A DNA stretch of 64,000 nucleotides, from positions 24,555 to 88,554 of the forward strand of contig DASYUT010000265.1 in NCBI GenBank assembly GCA_036000965.1, read 5' to 3'. Made by a program: the position numbers and the translations under genes. Below the pieces are notes generated by a model that had not been told where the DNA came from, ran no database searches, and saw only the letters and a list, made by a program, of their open reading frames with translations. Each line of letters opens with the position of its first letter. Within the stretch, counting starts at the first letter, position 1. Below are positions 1-7,409 of the stretch, in pieces. The stretch comes from Actinomycetes bacterium (lineage in GTDB: Bacteria; Actinomycetota; CALGFH01).

Positions 1-1316
1 TGGCCGGGCGCCTGGGGCGCCCTGGCCGGTCGCAGGCGACCAGACAGCGGCCGCAGGCGGTCGGAGAGGGCCAGGCGGGGCGGGGCGGGGGCTCTCCCGG
101 CCGAGTGCAGCAGCCCCCAGGCCGACAGGGCGAGGCCGCCGAGGCAGATCCACGCGAGCGCCCACAGCCCGGGGGCCGGGCCGAACGGGACGGCGGTGGC
201 CACGGCCGCCGCCGCCACCCAGCAGAGCTGGAAGATCGTCTCGTAGCGGGCAAAGGTCCGGGCGCGCACGTGGTCGGGTGCCTCGTGCTGCACCAGGCTG
301 TCGAACGCCAGCCGGCCGGCACCCGCCGAGAAGCCGACCAGGGCGGCGACAACGCCGGCGCGCAGCAGCCCGAAGCCGAAGGCCGCCCACACGGCGGCCA
401 CCACGGTCAGGGCCAGCGAGGCGAGCAGCTGCACCGGCTCCCGCAGCACCGCCCGGAGTGCCGGCGCGGTCACCGAGCCGGCGAACCCTCCGGCCGCCGC
501 GGCGGCCACCGTGATCGCGAGCCCCTTGCCGCCCTGGCCGTCGGCCCGGAGCAGGAAGGCGAGCAGGAAGGTGGCGAAGCCGACCGCGGAGCGCAGCGTG
601 GCCATGGCGATGCCACCGGCCAGCAGGCGGGGCGTGAGCAGCTCCTGGTAGCGCCGGATCCGTTCCCGCGGCCTGGCCTCACCCTCGCCCTCGCCGTTCG
701 GCAGCCCGGTCGCGGCCAGCACGCCGGCAGCGAACACCACCGCGGCGGTCCACAGGGTGGCGCCCGTCCCCACCCAGTGGTTCAGCGCGAGCGCGGGGCC
801 GGACGCGGCGGCGCCGGCGCCGACCGAGATGACCGCCACCCGGCCGTTGGCCCACATCAGGGAGCGGTCCGGGGGCCTCGCCTCCGGCACCAGGGCGCAG
901 CGGCTCACGCCGTGCACGCGCGACAGCACGAGCAGGCCGAAGGCGAGCGGGTAGAGCGCGAGCTGCTGGACGCGGCTCGACAGCAGGACCGCGAGCACGA
1001 CCCGGCCGGCCATGGCCGCCACGATCGCGACCCGGTAGGAGCCGGCCCGGCGGTCCAGCCACGGCCCCACCAGCGGCGAGAGCACCGCGAAGGGCGCCAT
1101 CGTGAGGGCGAGGTACAGCGCGACCTTGGCCCGGGCCTCCCCCAGCGGCACCGAGAAGAACACCGTGTCGGCCAGGGCCACGGCCACCAGCACGTCGCCC
1201 GCGGCGTGGGCGGCCTGGGTCTCGAGCAGCCGCCGGAAGGCCCGCCAGCGCCAGCTCGCCGCCCTGGTCTGGCTACCGGGCGGTCGCGCCTCGGGCGTGC
1301 CGGCGGGCGGGGTCAT
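1..1316 (-). CDS. MFS transporter, partial (3' end runs off the window start)
   Basis: The minus-strand reading frame is open from the ATG at 1316 to position 1. Its translation (MTPPAGTPEARPPGSQTRAASWRWRAFRRLLETQAAHAAGDVLVAVALADTVFFSVPLGEARAKVALYLALTMAPFAVLSPLVGPWLDRRAG...) is hydrophobic, multi-TM and MFS-like. The track's 105..1406 + ORF is its antisense. Confidence 0.55.
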   Translation of the reverse strand, partial: MTPPAGTPEARPPGSQTRAASWRWRAFRRLLETQAAHAAGDVLVAVALADTVFFSVPLGEARAKVALYLALTMAPFAVLSPLVGPWLDRRAGSYRVAIVAAMAGRVVLAVLLSSRVQQLALYPLAFGLLVLSRVHGVSRCALVPEARPPDRSLMWANGRVAVISVGAGAAASGPALALNHWVGTGATLWTAAVVFAAGVLAATGLPNGEGEGEARPRERIRRYQELLTPRLLAGGIAMATLRSAVGFATFLLAFLLRADGQGGKGLAITVAAAAAGGFAGSVTAPALRAVLREPVQLLASLALTVVAAVWAAFGFGLLRAGVVAALVGFSAGAGRLAFDSLVQHEAPDHVRARTFARYETIFQLCWVAAAAVATAVPFGPAPGLWALAWICLGGLALSAWGLLHSAGRAPAPPRLALSDRLRPLSGRLRPARAPQAPG

Positions 1317-1546
1317 GACCCCAGTATGGGGCGGCCCGCCCGGGCGCGGAACCCTCGGTCGCCGGGTCATGCCAGGGTCACCGGGTCTCCGAGGATGCCC
1401 CGGTGACGTCCTGCTGGGACTGCACCAGCCGGCCCTCCCCGTGTGCCGCGGTCGATGCCCCTCCTGGTATTCTCCCCGACCCGGCCGACACCGCGCCCGC
1501 TGAGCAAGCCAGTCGAGTAGTGATGAAAGGGTGCCGGAGGGCGGAA

Positions 1547-2623
1547 AGTGACGATGTGGTGAGTCGAGGCACGTACCGGTCAAGAAGCTGGGCGAGGCGG
1601 GCAGCGGGCCGCTGGAGCGGCATGCTGGCGCGGCGCCACCCGGGCGTCCAGGCCCCCCGGCCGGAGCCGCCGGTCCGCATCCGGCCGGCTACCGTGCTGC
1701 TGCTGCTCGGCGGCCTGTTCGCCGTGCACCTGCTGCTGCCCCAAGTCGGGGAGCTGCGCCAGACGCTCGACGCGCTCGAGCACGCGCGCTGGCCCTGGCT
1801 GGTGGCCGCGCTGGCGGCGGCGGCGATGAGCTACCCTGCCGCCGGCCTGGCCCTGGTGGGCTCGGCCGGCCAGGAGCTGGCGCTCGGCCGCACCACCGCG
1901 GTGCAGCTCGCCGCGTCGTTCGCCAACCCGATGGCGCCCGCCGGTCTCGGCGGCGCCGGCCTCAACGCCCGCTACCTGGAACGCGCCGGGCTCAGCCGGG
2001 CCCAGGCCACCGCCGCGGTCGCGGTGAACCTCGCCGCCGGCGCGCTCATCCACGTCGCCGCCCTGCTGGCCGCGGCCATCCTGACCGGCCACGCCCGCAC
2101 CGGCGAGGTCCGCCTGCCGAGCCGCTGGCCGGTGCTCGTCGCCGTCGTCACGGTGCTCACCCTGGCCGGCGTGGTGGTGGTCTGGTCGCCGGCCCTGCGC
2201 CGGCGTGTGCTGCCGCGGGCGGTGCGGGCACGGGTGCTGTGGCCGGCATGGACGGGGGTGCGCAGCCTGGGCGCGACCCTTCGCCGTCCGGGCAAGGCGA
2301 CCCGGCTGCTCGGCGGGTCGGCCGGCGTGACCGCCTGCTACATCCTCGCGCTGTATGCCAGCCTGGAGGCGTTCGGCGCCCACCTCCCCCTGGCCAGGGT
2401 GGCCGTGGTCTTCCTGGGCGGCTGGGCGGTCGCCTCGCTCAGCCCAACCCCGGGTGGGCTGGGGGCGGTGGAGGCCGCGCTGGTGGCCGGGCTCACCGCG
2501 GTCGGCGCGCCCGCCGGGCCGGCGATCGCCGGTGTGCTGACGTTCCGGCTGCTGACGTTCTGGCTGCCCGTGCTACCGGGCTGGCTGGCCTTCCGCGCCC
2601 TGCGGGCCCGCGGCACCGTTTGA
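1547..2623 (+). CDS. YbhN/UPF0104 family membrane protein (lysylphosphatidylglycerol-synthase TM-region-like flippase-like domain)
   Basis: ORF 1403..2623. GGAGG at 1536-1540 lies 6 nt before an in-frame GTG at 1547. The protein is multi-TM with the C-terminal motif RLLTFWLPVLPGWLAFRAL typical of the family. Confidence 0.6.
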   Translation, partial: SDDVVSRGTYRSRSWARRAAGRWSGMLARRHPGVQAPRPEPPVRIRPATVLLLLGGLFAVHLLLPQVGELRQTLDALEHARWPWLVAALAAAAMSYPAAGLALVGSAGQELALGRTTAVQLAASFANPMAPAGLGGAGLNARYLERAGLSRAQATAAVAVNLAAGALIHVAALLAAAILTGHARTGEVRLPSRWPVLVAVVTVLTLAGVVVVWSPALRRRVLPRAVRARVLWPAWTGVRSLGATLRRPGKATRLLGGSAGVTACYILALYASLEAFGAHLPLARVAVVFLGGWAVASLSPTPGGLGAVEAALVAGLTAVGAPAGPAIAGVLTFRLLTFWLPVLPGWLAFRALRARGTV

Positions 2624-2652
2624 GGCTGAGAGCCTGCAGCTTGGTGCTGCAG
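2624..2652 (+). terminator. Possible stem-loops after the YbhN-like stop (no U-tract)
   Basis: ggct-gag-agcc and ctgcagc-ttggt-gctgcag inverted repeats directly follow the TGA at 2621-2623. No T-run follows, so the call is weak. Confidence 0.2.
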
Positions 2653-2754
2653 ATCCGGGACTTGCCCTCGCAGCGGACGGCATCGATGCGGGCACCGTCC
2701 TCCGCCACCACGCAAGGCAGCGGTCGTCACCGTCGCCACCTCAGGCGGCGCACT

Positions 2755-2852
2755 GGGGGTCCGGCAGCGGCGCGGGAAGGGCCTCACTCGCCTGCCGCTC
2801 CCGGTCCACGTCTCGGTCTCGGGGGTCCGGCAGCGGGGCGGAAAGGCCCTCA
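2755..2852. repeat. ~33-bp direct repeat x2 (period ~65 bp) in an intergenic region
   Basis: gggggtccggcagcggcgcgggaagggcctcac at 2755-2787 and gggggtccggcagcggggcggaaaggccctcac at 2820-2852. Confidence 0.6.
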
Positions 2853-3971
2853 CCCTCTGGGCGGCAGCAGCGCGGTCGCCCAGCCCGGCCACACTCCCTC
2901 GTCACCAGGAGGCAGCAGGGCGGCGAGCGCGCCGAGAAGCGCCGCCGCGGTCGGCGGCCGCCGGGTCGGGTCGGGGTCCAGCAGCCGCCACAGCAGGACG
3001 TCCAGCTCCACGGGCACCCCGCTGTGCACCTCGCGCGCCCGCGGGCGCCGCGCGGCCAGCTGCGCCGGGCGGCCATGTCCGGCCAGCTGCGCCGGCCGGA
3101 CATGGCCGTCCTCGGCCCGCCCCGCCTCGTAGGCCGGCTCGCCGGTGACCACCTCGTACAGCACGACGCCGAGGGCGAACAGGTCCATGCTCGCCGCGGT
3201 CGGCTCGCGGCGGCACTGCTCCGGCGCCATGTAGTCGACCGTTCCGCGCGCGCGGCCGTATGGGGCAGGGCGGCCGAGCTCCCGGCACAGCTCGAGGTCG
3301 ATGACGACGGGACGCCCCTCGCGCAGCACCACGTTGCCGGGCTTCAGGTCGAGGTGTGCCAGGCCACAGCCGTGCAGGTAGTGCAGCGCGCCGGCGATCT
3401 GCATTCCGACAAGCACCGTGTCGATCGGGCTGAGCGGTCCCGCGTCGTCGACGAGGTCGCCCAGGGTGGGGCCTTCGACGTACTCGAAGAGCAGGTGCGG
3501 GCGGGCGGCGTCGAGCCGCCGTGCCAGCGGTCGCTGGAGACCGGGGTGGGCCAGCCCGTCCAGGCGGTCGGCCTCGCGCCGCAGCGAGGCAACGGCCCGC
3601 GGGTGGCCGAGGAATGCCGGCTTGGGCAGCTTTGCCGTGACCGGGCTCCAGTGCGCGACCGACCAGGCCAGCCACGTCTCGCAGCGTCGCCCGTCGCCAA
3701 GGCGCGCCCAGGCGTGCAGCCCGGGCTCGATCTCCTCGCCCTCGGCGAACGCCCACGGCTCGGCTTCCTCCGTGGCGCCCACCGCCGCTGGAGACCCCGG
3801 GACGCTCACCACGCGGGCGTCCGGCGGCGCCGACGCAACGGCCGCGGAGCACCGGGACCTCGGGTCATCTCGGGTCATCGTCGTCAGTCGAGCACCCGGA
3901 CCGAGTTCGGCAGGCTCAGCAGGCGCCGCGGAGCGCCGAGAGCTCGGGTCATCGTTGTCAGGGACGTGCAC
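2850..3971 (-). CDS. Ser/Thr protein kinase with atypical catalytic motifs (HLDLKPGN, DLE in place of DFG)
   Basis: The kinase domain carries HLDLKPGNVVL, VVIDLELCRELG and VDYMAPE. GGAGG lies 6 nt upstream of the GTG at 3971 on the minus strand. The N-terminus is low-complexity with a short DNA repeat. Confidence 0.7.
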   Translation of the reverse strand: MHVPDNDDPSSRRSAAPAEPAELGPGARLTTMTRDDPRSRCSAAVASAPPDARVVSVPGSPAAVGATEEAEPWAFAEGEEIEPGLHAWARLGDGRRCETWLAWSVAHWSPVTAKLPKPAFLGHPRAVASLRREADRLDGLAHPGLQRPLARRLDAARPHLLFEYVEGPTLGDLVDDAGPLSPIDTVLVGMQIAGALHYLHGCGLAHLDLKPGNVVLREGRPVVIDLELCRELGRPAPYGRARGTVDYMAPEQCRREPTAASMDLFALGVVLYEVVTGEPAYEAGRAEDGHVRPAQLAGHGRPAQLAARRPRAREVHSGVPVELDVLLWRLLDPDPTRRPPTAAALLGALAALLPPGDEGVWPGWATALLPPRG

Positions 3972-4125
3972 CGTGCACCTCCGGGAGGACCGGGGCCGGC
4001 GACACGGGAGGCCGCCGGCCCCGGTTTGGACCGTCAGTCGCAGGACTGCGACCGGCTGCTGCAGGACCTGCTGGTCGTGCTGGTACGCCAGCCGCAGCCA
4101 GCCGCGTGCACCTGGGCGAGGCCCT

Positions 4126-5967
4126 TCACCCCGCCACTCCGGAAGGCAGACGACACCGAATCACCTCCTTCCCGGTCTGTTGGCCTGCGGGATGTGACCC
4201 GTCGCTCGGGACGGGGTGCCAGAGGGCCCAGAGGCGGGCGTACGCGCCGCCCTCGGCCAGCAGCTCGGCCGGCGGCCCCTGCTCGACCACCCGGCCCTGA
4301 TCGAGGACGACGACGCGGTCGGCGGCCGCGGCGAGGGACAGCCGGTGCGACACCATCAGCACGGTCCGGCCACGGGCGATGCGCGCGAGCGCCTCGACGA
4401 CGAGCGCCTCGGCGGCGGCGTCCAGCCCGCTGGTCGGCTCGTCAAGCAGGAGCAGGTCGGCGCGGCGCAGCACCGCCCGGGCGATCGCGATCCGGCGCCG
4501 CTGCCCGCCGGAGAGCAGGCCGCCCGCCTCCCCCACCGGCGTGTCGTAGCCGTGTCGCAGATGCCGCGCGAACTCGTCGACCAGCGCCTCCTTCGCCACG
4601 GCGAGCAGTTCCTCGTCGGTCACGTCCGGACGTCCGAAGGCGATGTTGTCCCGCACCGTGCCGTCCATCAGCCACGGCTCCTGCGGGACCAGGGCGACCC
4701 GGGCCCGCAGCGCGGCCGGCGCGCAGGCCGACAGGTCGACGCCGTCGACGAGGACAGCGCCGGAGTCCGGCTCGTAGAGGCGGAGCAGGACGTCGAGCAG
4801 GGTCGACTTGCCACTCCCGGACGGCCCGACGACGCAGACCGTCTCGCCCGTCCGGACGGTCAGCGACACCCGCTGCAGCACCGGCACCCCGGGCGTGTAG
4901 GCGAAGGAGACCCGGTCGAGCCGCAGCTCGCGGCGGAACGGTGGAACCGGCAGCGGGTGCGCCGGCTCGGCGACGGCCTCGTCGCTTCGCAGCACCTCGA
5001 GCAGCCGCTCGCCGCTCGCGGCTCCGCGCGCCACCGTGCTCGACATCCGGGTCAACGACCGGATCGGGCCGTAGAGGCTGGCCAGGTAGGACAGCACCAC
5101 GAGCAGGGTGCCGAGGGTGATCCGGCCGCTCTGCACGCGCTGCACACCAAGCCACAGCACCGCCCCGCTGCCGAACGCGAGCGCGAGGTCGGCCAGGGGG
5201 GAGAACCGGGCCTCCACCTTGAGCGCGTGCAGCGCCGCCCCGGTGCTCGCCACGTTGTGCCCGGCGAACCTGTCACGGGACAGCGCCTCCTGGCCGAACG
5301 CCTGCACCACCCGGACGTTGCGGAGAAGGTCTGCGGCGCTGGCCGACAGCCGCCCGCTCGCCGTCCGGGCCGCCCGCTGGGTCGCACGAACCCGGCGCCA
5401 GCGCACGACGGCGAGCCCAGCGAGCAGCGGGGTGACCACCAGGGCGGCGAAGGCGAGGACCGGGTCGACCCGCAGCAGCACGACCAGCATCCCGAGCAGC
5501 AGCAGCACCTCCGGGACCACGACCGTGAACCCCGCGACCAGGTAGTCCTCGACCCGGTTCACGTCGCCGACCAGCCGGGTCACCAGCTCGCCGCTGCGGT
5601 TGCGGTCGTGGAAACGGAGCCTGAGGCTCAGCAGCCGGTCCATCAGAGCCTGGCGCAGGTCGGCGCCGACACGCTCCGCCGCCGCCCCCGTCAGGATCCT
5701 GATGAGGTAGCCGACCAGGCCAGACACTCCCACCAGCAGCACGGAGCCGCCGGCGGCGGCACCGCTGAGCGCGGCAGGCGACAGGCCGGACAGAGGGGAC
5801 AGCCAGCCCGGGAGCGGATGGTCCCCGAGCGCGTTGTCGATCGCAAGCTTCAGCGGCCACGGCCTGGCCAGTTCGAGCAGGATCTCGGCCAGGGTCAGCC
5901 CGATCGCCACCGCGAGCGATGCGCGGTACGCCATCAAGTACGACCACAGGGACGCTGGGCCCCTCAT
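4126..5967 (-). CDS. ABC transporter, fused permease/ATP-binding protein (type I exporter, MsbA-like)
   Basis: N-terminal six-TM region, then Walker A GPSGSGKST, signature LSGGQRRRIAIARA and Walker B LLLLDE. Start ATG at 5967 (MRGPASLWSYL...) with GGAGGTGG 6 nt upstream. Confidence 0.8.
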   Translation of the reverse strand: MRGPASLWSYLMAYRASLAVAIGLTLAEILLELARPWPLKLAIDNALGDHPLPGWLSPLSGLSPAALSGAAAGGSVLLVGVSGLVGYLIRILTGAAAERVGADLRQALMDRLLSLRLRFHDRNRSGELVTRLVGDVNRVEDYLVAGFTVVVPEVLLLLGMLVVLLRVDPVLAFAALVVTPLLAGLAVVRWRRVRATQRAARTASGRLSASAADLLRNVRVVQAFGQEALSRDRFAGHNVASTGAALHALKVEARFSPLADLALAFGSGAVLWLGVQRVQSGRITLGTLLVVLSYLASLYGPIRSLTRMSSTVARGAASGERLLEVLRSDEAVAEPAHPLPVPPFRRELRLDRVSFAYTPGVPVLQRVSLTVRTGETVCVVGPSGSGKSTLLDVLLRLYEPDSGAVLVDGVDLSACAPAALRARVALVPQEPWLMDGTVRDNIAFGRPDVTDEELLAVAKEALVDEFARHLRHGYDTPVGEAGGLLSGGQRRRIAIARAVLRRADLLLLDEPTSGLDAAAEALVVEALARIARGRTVLMVSHRLSLAAAADRVVVLDQGRVVEQGPPAELLAEGGAYARLWALWHPVPSDGSHPAGQQTGKEVIRCRLPSGVAG

Positions 5968-6084
5968 CGGAACCACCTCCAGCAGCTGACACCCGGCCCG
6001 GCACTCGCTGATGTGCAACCCGGCGAGCCCGGCCAGGCCGGCGAAGGCCGCGGGATGGGGTCGCACCGAACCGACCCAGACCCT

Positions 6085-6217
6085 GAGCGTGAGAGCTCGT
6101 CACCAAGGCCATCGGTTCTTCCCGGCACGACCCTGAGGGCCCGCCACCACGGCCATCGGTTCTTCCCAGCCTGACCCTGAGGGCCCGCCACCACGGCGGC
6201 CGGTTCTCCCGGGCACG
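6085..6217. repeat. ~44-bp tandem repeat x~3 in a divergent promoter region
   Basis: gaccctgagggcccgccaccacggccatcggttcttcccagcct and gaccctgagggcccgccaccacggcggccggttctcccgggcac, preceded by a degenerate copy. Confidence 0.6.
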
Positions 6218-6364
6218 ACCACCGCCTGGGAGCTGGCTCCCGGTTCGGATGAGGCCGGGAGCCCTCGCGACCGCCCTCAGCGGGCCTCCTCAAGCGTGAC
6301 CAAAACGGTGTTTCATGGAGGCCGGTGGCGGCAGGGGCCGGCGTTCGGCGGAGGAGTTGCTGGC

Positions 6365-7351
6365 ATGAGAATGGAATCCTCGGTGGTGTCCGTCTCCTGG
6401 ATCCCGTGGGGCGCTGTCGAAGGGATGGTCAAGGTCCCTTTCGAGATGGGTGTCGCCCACTACGACATGCCGCCCCCGGACCGGCTCACCGACCTCCAGG
6501 CGCTGCTGGCCTCCAGCGCCGTCCGGTTCGCCAACGAGCTGCGGGCCTGGGTCGAGATGGACGGTGGCAAGGTCACCGGGTGCGGGCACGTCGGCAAGGG
6601 GCACATGGGGTCCACCAGCATGCGCGTGGCCGGCCTGGGCGTGACCTTCCCCGGGGTCAGCTTCCCCGACCTGCGCGGCGAGCCCGAGGTCCGGGAGGAC
6701 GCTGTGCGCTTCACCCAGACGGTCGGTGGACGGGCCGGCATGCCGGCGCCCCGCCGCGTCCGCCGCAGGCCGTTCGCGCAACTCGCCGCGCCGACCGTCT
6801 GGTCGACCCTCGCCCTGACCATCTACGCGGACGGGTCCTCGGACTTCGAGGTGGTGGGGGCGAGCCCGTTCCCCCGCCACTGGATCTACGACCACGACGG
6901 CCGGCTCGCGGCCAAGACCGGCTTCATCGACTTCGAGACCTGGTACCGGGAGTCGTTCGGCGACAAGAGCCCGTGGGGTGACGAGGAGTCGCCGGTGATC
7001 GTGACCGCGGTGGAGAGCGCCCTGGAACGGGAGCTCTCCCGCCTCATCATCGGGTCCGACCCGCCGTTTCGGCGGCTGTCGCCCGGGGAGGCGCTGGTCG
7101 AGCAGGGCGAACCGGGCGAGGAGCTGTTCCTGCTGTTCGACGGCATCCTGTCGCTCGAGCAGGACGGCCGGCCGGTCGTCGAGATCGGCCCTGGAGCGAT
7201 CCTCGGCGAGATGGCGCTGCTCGAAGGGGGCCGTCGCACGGCGACGCTGCGCGCCGTGACCCCGTGCCGGGTCGCGGTCGTGCACGGCGACCGTGTCAAC
7301 CGGGAGATGCTCACCGAGCTCGCTCGGCGGCGCCGCGGGGACGCGCCCTGA
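6365..7351 (+). CDS. Cyclic-nucleotide-binding (cNMP/CAP-effector) domain protein with an uncharacterised N-terminal domain
   Basis: The C-terminal segment GEELFLLFDGILSL...IGPGAILGEMALLEGGRRTATLRAVTPCRVAVV matches the cNMP-binding fold. GGAGGAG lies upstream of the ATG at 6365. Confidence 0.6.
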   Translation: MRMESSVVSVSWIPWGAVEGMVKVPFEMGVAHYDMPPPDRLTDLQALLASSAVRFANELRAWVEMDGGKVTGCGHVGKGHMGSTSMRVAGLGVTFPGVSFPDLRGEPEVREDAVRFTQTVGGRAGMPAPRRVRRRPFAQLAAPTVWSTLALTIYADGSSDFEVVGASPFPRHWIYDHDGRLAAKTGFIDFETWYRESFGDKSPWGDEESPVIVTAVESALERELSRLIIGSDPPFRRLSPGEALVEQGEPGEELFLLFDGILSLEQDGRPVVEIGPGAILGEMALLEGGRRTATLRAVTPCRVAVVHGDRVNREMLTELARRRRGDAP

Positions 7352-7409
7352 CCGCGGTGACAGCCTATCCTGGTGCTCCTCCGTCCAGCGACAGCCGTGG
7401 AGGGCGGGC

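Noticed and set aside
105-1406. 433-aa plus-strand ORF
   Set aside because: It is Arg/Gly/Pro/His-rich low-complexity sequence. It is the antisense of a hydrophobic MFS transporter frame that is open on the minus strand.
3024-5120. 698-aa plus-strand ORF
   Set aside because: Extreme Arg/Pro/Ala composition, antisense to the kinase and ABC exporter genes. It is a typical high-GC artefact.
4126-6066. Longer start for the ABC exporter at 6066
   Set aside because: That start would place 33 extra residues upstream of the first TM helix and has no RBS. The ATG at 5967 has GGAGGTGG 6 nt upstream.
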